Shown: positions 1 to 7,495 of the stretch, piece after piece | Position numbering within the stretch: position 1 is the first letter of the stretch | Layout: each line of letters begins with the position of its first letter | NCBI GenBank assembly: GCA_964631135.1 | Contig: CAZVVZ010000005.1 | Location: 1-20,243 of the forward strand | Reading direction: 5' to 3' | Length of the DNA stretch: 20,243 nucleotides | From: an uncultured Eubacteriales bacterium | GTDB taxonomy: Bacteria; Bacillota; Clostridia; TANB77; RGIG9151 | Notes under the pieces: generated by a model | What the model was told of the DNA's origin: nothing | Database searches by the model: none | Seen by the model: the letters and a program-made list of their open reading frames with translations, nothing else | Program-made: the position numbers and the translations under genes

Positions 1-12
1 AAAGTGATTTAC

Positions 13-41
13 AAAGAGCCTTGTAACAAGGCTCTTTTTTT
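13..41 (+). terminator. Rho-independent terminator of a + strand gene lying left of the window
   Basis: 10-bp stem aaagagcctt (13-22) / aaggctcttt (28-37), 5-nt loop gtaac, followed by a T-run through 41. Confidence 0.7.
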
Positions 42-66
42 CGTGTAAAAAGGAAATATTCGTTCC

Positions 67-241
67 TTTTATGTTACTAGTCAGATTACTACTCTACGAA
101 AATAGTATATATGTTTTAAAAGGAACGAATATTTGCAGAAAGACTTCCCGTATTTTTTAAAGTCTTTCGTCGCAAATCCTGAGTTCCGATAAAACATATA
201 TACTATTTTCGTAGAGTAGTATCCTAAACAGTAACATAAAA
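67..241 (+). repeat. Long imperfect palindrome, copy 1 of a dispersed hairpin element family
   Basis: Positions x and 308-x pair. Outer arms 67-105 / 203-241 pair at 34 of 39 positions by hand count. Segments 106-147 and 160-202 are identical to copy 2 (13791-13832 and 13848-13890). Variable apical loop around 148-159. Confidence 0.85.
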
Positions 242-279
242 TCAACAAAAAAACATATGATTCTTTGAGGTGAATTTAT

Positions 280-1107
280 ATGGAAAAAACAATATGTATT
301 ATCGGAGGAGACGAAAGGAGCAAAGAGCTTGCTAGTATACTTGAAATGGAAGGACTTCACGTAAAAGTATATGATGAAAAAAATTACTTAGATATTAAAG
401 AATTCTTGGAAAATGTGGAATGTGTAGTAGGAGGAATCCCATTTTCGAGAGACGGAGAGACAATAAATGCTCCGTACATTCAAAAAAAAATAAGTGTTGA
501 AAATCTTTTTGTAAATATGAAAAAGCAGAAAAAACTAATTGCGGGAGGCTTTTCGGAAAAAATTAAAGACTTGGCCGGCAGATATGGAATAGAATTATAT
601 GATTTTTTAGATGATGAAGATTTTGCAATTTATAATGCAATTCCTACGGCAGAAGGCGCGATAGAAATTGCCATGAAGAATACTAAAAACACTATTTATT
701 CATCAAATTGTTTAGTTTTAGGATATGGACGAATAGGCAAAATTTTAACCGATAGGTTAAAAGGACTGCATGCGAATATTACGGTAGCGGCAAGAAAGAG
801 TGAGGATTTTGCATGGATAAATGCTATGGGATATGATTATGTGGAATATTCTAAGTTAGATAAAATATTACCGAATATAGATATTTTATTTAACACGGTC
901 CCTTCCTTAGTTATAAAAGAAAAGGAATTAAGTAATATGAAAAAAGACAGCCTAATTATAGATTTAGCATCTAAACCTGGTGGTATAGATTTTGATTTTG
1001 CAGAAAAAATAAATGCAAAAGCAAAATTATATTTAGGTCTTCCCGGTAAAGTTGCACCGCAGAGTGTGGCAAAATATATGTTAAACAAGGTTATGAAAGT
1101 AATTTAG
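280..1107 (+). CDS. dpaA: Dipicolinate synthase subunit A (SpoVFA/DpaA)
   Basis: 275-aa ORF, SD gaggtg 8 nt upstream of the ATG. Collinear by eye with B. subtilis SpoVFA: IIGGDxR N-terminus, AIYNAIPTAEGAI, GYGRIGK Rossmann motif, LASKPGGIDF, GLPGKVAPQS. Confidence 0.85.
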   Translation: MEKTICIIGGDERSKELASILEMEGLHVKVYDEKNYLDIKEFLENVECVVGGIPFSRDGETINAPYIQKKISVENLFVNMKKQKKLIAGGFSEKIKDLAGRYGIELYDFLDDEDFAIYNAIPTAEGAIEIAMKNTKNTIYSSNCLVLGYGRIGKILTDRLKGLHANITVAARKSEDFAWINAMGYDYVEYSKLDKILPNIDILFNTVPSLVIKEKELSNMKKDSLIIDLASKPGGIDFDFAEKINAKAKLYLGLPGKVAPQSVAKYMLNKVMKVI

Positions 1108-1117
1108 CATAAAAAAG

Positions 1118-1162
1118 ACCTCCATGAATACAAATGTAACAACAAAATGTATTCATGGAGGT
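1118..1162 (+). terminator. Strong hairpin after dpaA; its 3' arm contains the spoIIID Shine-Dalgarno
   Basis: 15-bp stem 1118-1132 / 1148-1162 (acctccatgaataca / tgtattcatggaggt), 15-nt loop, A-run before and tttt after. The GGAGG at 1157-1161 is the spoIIID SD. Confidence 0.5.
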
Positions 1163-1168
1163 TTTGAT

Positions 1169-1423
1169 ATGAAAGAGTATATAGAGGAAAGGACAATCGA
1201 AGTTGCACAGTACATAATCGATAGTAAAGCAACTGTTAGGGCGGCAGCTAAAAAGTTTGGAATATCTAAGTCCACAGTTCATAAGGACATTACTCAAAGA
1301 CTTTTGCAGATAAATGCGAGTTTAGCACATGAAGTGAAAATTGTATTGGATGAAAATAAAGCCGAACGTCATATAAGAGGCGGAGAGGCTACCAGAGAGA
1401 AATATAAAATGAAGAATATATAG
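1169..1423 (+). CDS. spoIIID: Stage III sporulation protein D, mother-cell transcription regulator
   Basis: 84 aa starting MKEYIEERTIEVAQYI...GISKSTVHKDIT...HIRGGEAT, near-collinear with B. subtilis SpoIIID. GGAGG SD 7 nt upstream of ATG 1169. The ORF-track start at 1124 lies inside the hairpin and has no SD. Confidence 0.9.
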   Translation: MKEYIEERTIEVAQYIIDSKATVRAAAKKFGISKSTVHKDITQRLLQINASLAHEVKIVLDENKAERHIRGGEATREKYKMKNI

Positions 1424-1480
1424 TATGGTTTATAATAAAGATATATAGTATAATATAAAAAATATATTTAGGGGGTAGCT

Positions 1481-2455
1481 ATGAATATCAATGAAATAGG
1501 TAAGTTAATTGGAAATACTCCGATGGTAAAGATAAATTGTATTCATGAGGGTATTAAAAAGTCTATTTATGCGAAACTTGAGTGGTATAACTTTAGCGGT
1601 AGCATAAAAGATAGGGTAGCATACCATATAATAAAGGATGCAAAGGAAAGTGGCGAACTAAGAGAAGAACAGCCTATAGTAGAGGCTACAAGCGGAAATA
1701 TGGGAATTTCTTTAGCTGCTATCGGAGGAGCTTTAGGTCACACGGTGCATATTTTTATGCCGGATTGGATGAGCGGTGAAAGAAAGCAGATATTAAGGAA
1801 TTATGGTGCTGTTTTACATGAGGTAAGCAAAGAGGATGGAGGCTTTACAGCTTCAATAAAAATGGCAGATAAATTGGCAAAAGAAATAGGTGGCTTTAGA
1901 AGTAATCAGTTTTCTAATCCTACTAATGTAGAAGCTCATTATGAGAATACAGGAAAAGAAATCCTTGAAAAAATGCAAGGAATAAAAATAGATGGATTTG
2001 TTTCGGGTATTGGCACCGGTGGAACGTTGATGGGGGTAATTAAGAGGCTAAAGGCATATGATGAAAATATAAAATCATATGCTTTTGAGCCTGATACATT
2101 ATCGGTAATATTACAGGGAGACACATCAGGTGAGCATAAGATTGCAGGAATAGGGGATGAATTCGTTCCTGAGATAGTGGATAGAAGTAAAATAGATAAA
2201 ATATTGCTAATAAATGATAATGATGCGATAAACATGTCAAGAATTTTAGCAAAAAAATTAGGCTTGGGAGTGGGAATATCAAGCGGTGCAAATTTTTTAG
2301 CGGCAGTTTTACTTAATGAAGGAGATAAAAATATTGTTACTGTGTTTGCAGACGACAATAAAAAATATCTTTCTACTGATTTGGGTAAGACTATTGATGA
2401 TAATGCTGATTTTGTTTCTAATAATATAGAATTGTTGGATTTTGAAGTTTTGTAA
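1481..2455 (+). CDS. cysK: Cysteine synthase / O-acetylserine sulfhydrylase (PLP-dependent, CysK/CysM family)
   Basis: 324-aa ORF with SD aggggg. PLP-lysine motif SGSIKDR, TSGNMG, and glycine loop GIGTGGTLMG. Confidence 0.8.
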   Translation: MNINEIGKLIGNTPMVKINCIHEGIKKSIYAKLEWYNFSGSIKDRVAYHIIKDAKESGELREEQPIVEATSGNMGISLAAIGGALGHTVHIFMPDWMSGERKQILRNYGAVLHEVSKEDGGFTASIKMADKLAKEIGGFRSNQFSNPTNVEAHYENTGKEILEKMQGIKIDGFVSGIGTGGTLMGVIKRLKAYDENIKSYAFEPDTLSVILQGDTSGEHKIAGIGDEFVPEIVDRSKIDKILLINDNDAINMSRILAKKLGLGVGISSGANFLAAVLLNEGDKNIVTVFADDNKKYLSTDLGKTIDDNADFVSNNIELLDFEVL

Positions 2456-2473
2456 ATGCATAGGTAAATGAAT

Positions 2474-2520
2474 AAAAAGCTCCTTTTTTATCAATAATAA
2501 TGGTAAAAAGGAGCTTTTTT
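2474..2520 (+). terminator. cysK terminator-like hairpin overlapping the SD of the downstream giant gene
   Basis: aaaaagctccttttt (2474-2488) pairs with aaaaaggagcttttt (2505-2519), 16-nt loop, T-rich 3' side. The right arm carries AAGGAG, the only SD candidate for ATG 2523. Confidence 0.5.
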
Positions 2521-2522
2521 AT

Positions 2523-5500
2523 ATGAAAAATAATAATGATAAATCTCTTTGTGAGCTAAATAAAGATTTTGCGGCCATTTTTAATATATATAAGAAACTA
2601 AATGAAAATAAAACTTTAATGATACCTGCAAGCGAGTGGCTACTTGATAATTTCTATATTATCGAAGAGCATGCGAAGCAAATAAAAAGGGATTTTAATA
2701 AGAAAATATATAAAAATCTGCCTATGGTTGACTCCGGCTTTACTAGAGTTTTTACTATCGCACGTGAAATTGTTTCTCAAAATGACGGTAAAATAGACGA
2801 GAATATTATTGAAAAATTTATAAATAAATACGAGGAAGTAACTCCGTTATATATGCGGGAAATATGGAACTTGGGAGTATGTTTACGAATTGCACTTATT
2901 GAAAAAATTCGAGGAATAAGCGAAAAAATAATGGAAACATATCACAAATGGGAGCAAGCTGAAAAATGGATTATAGATTACCCTTTGGTGGCGGAGCTAA
3001 AGCTTCCGGATATAGCAAATAATTATTCTTTTTATGAGCATTTAGCATATAAATTGCGCAGAATGGGAAAAGATGGGATTATTACTATAAACCGTATCGA
3101 CAGTTACATAGAGCGATATGGTACGAGCATAGAAATCATTTCAAGAAAAGAACACAGCATTCAGGCAAGAATGAAGATTTCTATTGGTAATTCAATTCAA
3201 AGCTTAAAGTATATTTCCAATATAAATTGGAATGATGTTTTTAATGAAATAAGTGAGATTGAGCATATTTTTGAAAATGAAAAATCCGGGATATATAAGA
3301 AGATGGACTTAGAAAGTAAAAATGCTTATCGAAGTAGGGTAGAAAGCATAGCTAAGGATTTAAAAATTTCAGAACTTCATGTTGCAAAAAAGTGTGTTGC
3401 TTGTGCTGATGAAAATTATAATGATGAAAAATGGGGGCATGTTGGATGCTATTTATTCGGTGAAGGCGAAGATACGTTCCTAAGTAAGCTAAATGTAAAA
3501 TTACCGAGATGGTATAAATTAAAGCGGCATTATAAAAATAAACCTTTTTCAATTTATTTTTTAACTATGTTTCTGTTTGCATTGATATCTACCGCGCTTT
3601 TTGGAGTACTTTTATATTATAATAATTGGTTATCCGCAGTAGGCTGGATAGGGTTGATAATAGCATTTATTATTGCTTTTGACGGTGGAAATTGTTTTGC
3701 AAATTATATGTTTAGCAGAATTTTTAAACCTAGGATTATTCCAAGACTTGATTTTTCCGGCGGAGTCCCTGAAAGTTCAGCAACAATGATTATTGTACCA
3801 ACATTATTGTCTAACGAAAAACGTGTAAGAGAGATGCTTTCTAATCTAGAAAAGTATTATATCGCGATACAGGATAAAAATGTGCTTTTTACATTGCTTG
3901 GAGATATAAAAGAAAGTGAGACTGAGGAAACTGAAGAGGACGAAACTATTGGGGAAATAGGTGTTAATACAGTAAATGAATTAAATAAAAAATATGGAAG
4001 TAATAAGTTTTTCTTTGCATATAGGAGAAGATTTTTTAATGCTTCGGAAGATAAATGGCTCGGGTGGGAGCGAAAAAGAGGGGCAATATTAAAGTTTAAT
4101 GACTTCTTATTAACCGGAAAATCTGATGATTACAGAATAATTTCCGGAGGTTTTGATGAAATTCCCAAAATAAAATATGTTCTGACGGTTGATGCAGATA
4201 CTTTTATCCCTATAGGTGAAGCAAAAAAGCTTATTGGAGCAATTTCTCATCCGGTTAATATTCCTGTGTTAAATGAAGAGGAAACGGCAGTAATTTCAGG
4301 TCATGGACTTATTCAGCCACATATCGGAATAGATGTGGTTAGTGCGAATCGGAGCAAATTTTCACAAGTTTTTGCCGGTACGGGCGGAATAGATCCATAT
4401 GTTTGTGCATCATCAGATATATATCAAGATTTGTTTGGAGAGGCAATTTTTACAGGTAAAGGGATTTATAATTTAGAAGTTTTTCAAAAAGTGTTAAGTG
4501 AGACTATCCCTGACAATGCCATTTTAAGTCATGATTTATTAGAAGGGTCGTATTTACGGGCAGGCTTAGCTACGGATATTGAGCTGATTGATGGTTACCC
4601 ATCTCGCTATAATGCATATGCATTAAGATCACATAGATGGGTAAGAGGTGACTGGCAGATAATAAAGTGGCTTTTTAAGAATGTACGAAACAAGAGCAAC
4701 GAGAGAGTTAGAAATCCTATAAATAAAATTTCTAAATGGAAGATTTTTGACAACCTTAGGAGAAGTCTTACAGCTCCTTTTATGCTACTGCTTATTTTAC
4801 TTTCTTTTTCGATTTTACCCGGAAATCCAATATTTTGGACAGCATTTGCGGTTATTCTGGGGATAAGAGGGAGTAAGAGACAATTTTTATATCAATTCTT
4901 GTTTTTGCCTTTTCAGGCATGGCTTATGTTTTCGGCAATATGTGTAACTATTTATAGATTGTTTTTTGTTAAAAAGAATTTGCTTGAATGGGTTACTGCG
5001 GCAGACATGGAAGTAAAACTGAAGAACACTTTAGGCAGCTTTTATGTTCTGATGAAATCTAATGTTATTTTTGGTTTAATGGTTTTAGCTGCTTCTTATT
5101 TTATTAAAGGAGATATTTTTTCTATAGTGTTGGGTACTTTTTTATTTGTAGTTTGGACGGTTGCTCCTTTTATTGCATTTAGTATCAGTAAGCCTATAGA
5201 TAATAAAAAAGAGAAATTAAATGATGCGGAAATTAAGGAATTAAGAGAATTTGCAAGGAAAACATGGGCATATTTTGATACTTTAATGAATGAGGAGAAT
5301 AATTTTCTTCCTCCGGATAATTTTCAGGAAGATCCGCCGAATGGAGTTGCGAATAGGACTTCGCCGACTAATATAGGACTTGGAATGTTGGCACTTTTAT
5401 CTGCTTATGATTTAGGGTTTATTGAAATTAGTGAAGTTAAGGATAAGATGGCGAAACTGTTAAATACTGTTATGCAACTTGAAAAGTGGAATGGGCACAT

Positions 5501-7481
5501 ACTTAACTGGTATAATACAAAAACATTAAAGCCATTATTCCCACGTTATATTTCTACAGTGGATAACGGGAATTTTTTGGCATATTGTATTACTGCCAGA
5601 GAAGGTATAAATAAATTGCTTGAAGATTCGGAAGATAAAAGTGAAATAATTTTTAAATTGGATAAGTTAATTGATGAGATGGATTTTTCTCTTTTATATG
5701 ATAAGAAGAAAAATGTGTTTTCTATAGGCTACAACTTAGAAGAAGGCAGGCTTACCAATTCTTTTTATGATTTATTAGCTTCTGAGGCTAGGCAAACAAG
5801 CTTTTTAGCGGTTGCAAGACATGAAGCACCTGTTAAGCACTGGTTTTCTTTGGGACGCAGCTTAACACGATTAAATCGCGACAAGGGGCTTGTTTCATGG
5901 ACCGGGACAATGTTTGAATATTTGATGCCGCTTCTTGTTATGCGAAATTATCCTAAGACATTGCTTGATGAAACTTATGATTTCGTTATTAAGAGTCAGA
6001 TTATTTATGCTAAAAAGAAAAATGTTGTTTGGGGAATTTCCGAATCTGCATTTTATAATTTTGATATAAACTTAAATTATCAGTATAAGGCTTTAGGGGT
6101 GCCGTGGCTTGGACTAAAGAGGGGATTACTTGAAGATACTGTTATTTCACCATATTCTACTATGCTTGCTCTTATGGTTAAACCACATTCGGCTTATAAA
6201 AATTTAAAAGAGTTATTAAAATATGATATGTTAGGGCAGTATGGTTTTTATGAGTCGATTGATTTTACTCCCGGCAGGCTTAAACTGTTAAACGGTGAGA
6301 AAAATTTTGCACAAATTAAAAGTTACATGGCACATCATCAAGGAATGAGTCTGGTGGCTATAAATAATGTTATAAATGATTTTATTATGCAAGAAAGATT
6401 TCATAGCAATGTATATGTAAAATCAGCAGATTTTCTTCTTCAAGAGAAAGTGCCAGGGGATATTATTTATACTAAGGACAGCAAAGAGAAGGTCGTTCCG
6501 CCTAAAAAAGTTTATTTTGAGAGTGTTGATACGGATAGACTTATAGAGGTTATGCCTGAAACAATGCCAAGTTTTAATGTCCTTACTAATGGGAGTTATG
6601 CGATTAGAATAAATGATAGAGGGGTTAACTCTACTCGTTTTAGAAATATTTCTGTTTCAAGATATAGAAGTGATTATATAAAAGAGTTTTATGGCCAGAC
6701 TTTTTATATACGAAGATTAGATACGGGTGAAATTTGGAGCCCAGCATATAAACCTGATTTTAAAGTACCGGATAAATATTTTGTGTCATTTTCAGGAGAT
6801 AAAGCAAAGTTTGTAAGACGTGACAAGGATATTGAAACGAATTATGAAGTTGTTGTGGCTACCGAAGATAATGCGGATATAAAACGTATTTCAATTATCA
6901 ATCATGCGAATATACCGGTCGATTTTGAAATTACCGGTTTTACTGAGATCGTTATTGGAGATCAAAATGCAGACATTTCGCATAGGGCTTTTTACGGGTT
7001 ATTTGTTAATACTTCGGAAGAAGATGAAATTTTATTTGCCAAAAGAAAGCCTAGAAATAAAAATGAAGAGGGACTGTTTGCATTTCAGACTTCTTTTGTT
7101 TTAGGTGAGGGATTTGGAGATTTTCAGTTTGAGACGGACAGAGCTAAGTTCATAGGAAGGGGCAGAAACGTTTTGAATCCTATTTCAATTACTGAAGGGA
7201 AGCCACTTTTCGGGACCACAGGTTCTGTTTTGGATCCTGCTTTTGTGCAGAGAAGAAATTTAAGGATCAATCCGGGAGAAACCGGTATGATATGCTTTGT
7301 TACAGGTATAGAAACTAGCATAGATAGGGCTAAGACTGTTGCTAAGAAGTACAGAAATGAGGACATGGTATCTGCTGTGTTCAGACTGGCTTATGCCAGA
7401 AATCAAGTTGAGCTTTCATATCTAAATGTAACTTCGGAGGAAGTTAAATTTTTTGACGAATTGATAAAATATTTAGTTTAA
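2523..7481 (+). CDS. Cyclic beta-1,2-glucan synthase-like protein, N-terminal part: membrane GT84 glycosyltransferase, glucoamylase-like region and first GH94 N-terminal domain
   Basis: 1652-aa ORF with several hydrophobic segments (e.g. FSIYFLTMFLFALISTALFGVLLYY). DxD motif VDADT near 4188-4202, plus HRWVRGDWQ. The C-terminal third resembles GH94 N-terminal sandwich domains. The architecture matches Cgs/NdvB/ChvB-type proteins by recognition only. Confidence 0.8.
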   Translation: MKNNNDKSLCELNKDFAAIFNIYKKLNENKTLMIPASEWLLDNFYIIEEHAKQIKRDFNKKIYKNLPMVDSGFTRVFTIAREIVSQNDGKIDENIIEKFINKYEEVTPLYMREIWNLGVCLRIALIEKIRGISEKIMETYHKWEQAEKWIIDYPLVAELKLPDIANNYSFYEHLAYKLRRMGKDGIITINRIDSYIERYGTSIEIISRKEHSIQARMKISIGNSIQSLKYISNINWNDVFNEISEIEHIFENEKSGIYKKMDLESKNAYRSRVESIAKDLKISELHVAKKCVACADENYNDEKWGHVGCYLFGEGEDTFLSKLNVKLPRWYKLKRHYKNKPFSIYFLTMFLFALISTALFGVLLYYNNWLSAVGWIGLIIAFIIAFDGGNCFANYMFSRIFKPRIIPRLDFSGGVPESSATMIIVPTLLSNEKRVREMLSNLEKYYIAIQDKNVLFTLLGDIKESETEETEEDETIGEIGVNTVNELNKKYGSNKFFFAYRRRFFNASEDKWLGWERKRGAILKFNDFLLTGKSDDYRIISGGFDEIPKIKYVLTVDADTFIPIGEAKKLIGAISHPVNIPVLNEEETAVISGHGLIQPHIGIDVVSANRSKFSQVFAGTGGIDPYVCASSDIYQDLFGEAIFTGKGIYNLEVFQKVLSETIPDNAILSHDLLEGSYLRAGLATDIELIDGYPSRYNAYALRSHRWVRGDWQIIKWLFKNVRNKSNERVRNPINKISKWKIFDNLRRSLTAPFMLLLILLSFSILPGNPIFWTAFAVILGIRGSKRQFLYQFLFLPFQAWLMFSAICVTIYRLFFVKKNLLEWVTAADMEVKLKNTLGSFYVLMKSNVIFGLMVLAASYFIKGDIFSIVLGTFLFVVWTVAPFIAFSISKPIDNKKEKLNDAEIKELREFARKTWAYFDTLMNEENNFLPPDNFQEDPPNGVANRTSPTNIGLGMLALLSAYDLGFIEISEVKDKMAKLLNTVMQLEKWNGHILNWYNTKTLKPLFPRYISTVDNGNFLAYCITAREGINKLLEDSEDKSEIIFKLDKLIDEMDFSLLYDKKKNVFSIGYNLEEGRLTNSFYDLLASEARQTSFLAVARHEAPVKHWFSLGRSLTRLNRDKGLVSWTGTMFEYLMPLLVMRNYPKTLLDETYDFVIKSQIIYAKKKNVVWGISESAFYNFDINLNYQYKALGVPWLGLKRGLLEDTVISPYSTMLALMVKPHSAYKNLKELLKYDMLGQYGFYESIDFTPGRLKLLNGEKNFAQIKSYMAHHQGMSLVAINNVINDFIMQERFHSNVYVKSADFLLQEKVPGDIIYTKDSKEKVVPPKKVYFESVDTDRLIEVMPETMPSFNVLTNGSYAIRINDRGVNSTRFRNISVSRYRSDYIKEFYGQTFYIRRLDTGEIWSPAYKPDFKVPDKYFVSFSGDKAKFVRRDKDIETNYEVVVATEDNADIKRISIINHANIPVDFEITGFTEIVIGDQNADISHRAFYGLFVNTSEEDEILFAKRKPRNKNEEGLFAFQTSFVLGEGFGDFQFETDRAKFIGRGRNVLNPISITEGKPLFGTTGSVLDPAFVQRRNLRINPGETGMICFVTGIETSIDRAKTVAKKYRNEDMVSAVFRLAYARNQVELSYLNVTSEEVKFFDELIKYLV

Positions 7482-7495
7482 GGCGGTGAAATATT

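Noticed and set aside
157-360. ORF-track ORFs 157-360 (-) and 17728-17925 (+) share the peptide VYVLSELRICDERL, which might suggest a conserved small protein.
   Set aside because: The shared peptide is just a translation of the invariant repeat arm. In copy 1 a stop follows ERL immediately, while copies 2 and 3 read on differently. No SD or consistent start exists, and the 157-360 ORF overlaps the dpaA start on the opposite strand. I treat it as a repeat artefact, not a CDS.
482-490. Homopolymer tracts as phase-variation switches: A9 in dpaA (482-490) and T9 in the SLH/CBM divergent intergenic region (13064-13072).
   Set aside because: Tracts of this length are expected in DNA of about 30% GC. 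The dpaA tract encodes in-frame KKK context. There is no evidence of variable length from a single sequence.
1124-1168. Upstream ATG at 1124 giving a 99-aa SpoIIID.
   Set aside because: The extension (MNTNVTTKCIHGGFD) has no SD, lies inside the hairpin arms, and is absent from SpoIIID as I know it. ATG 1169 has a GGAGG SD.
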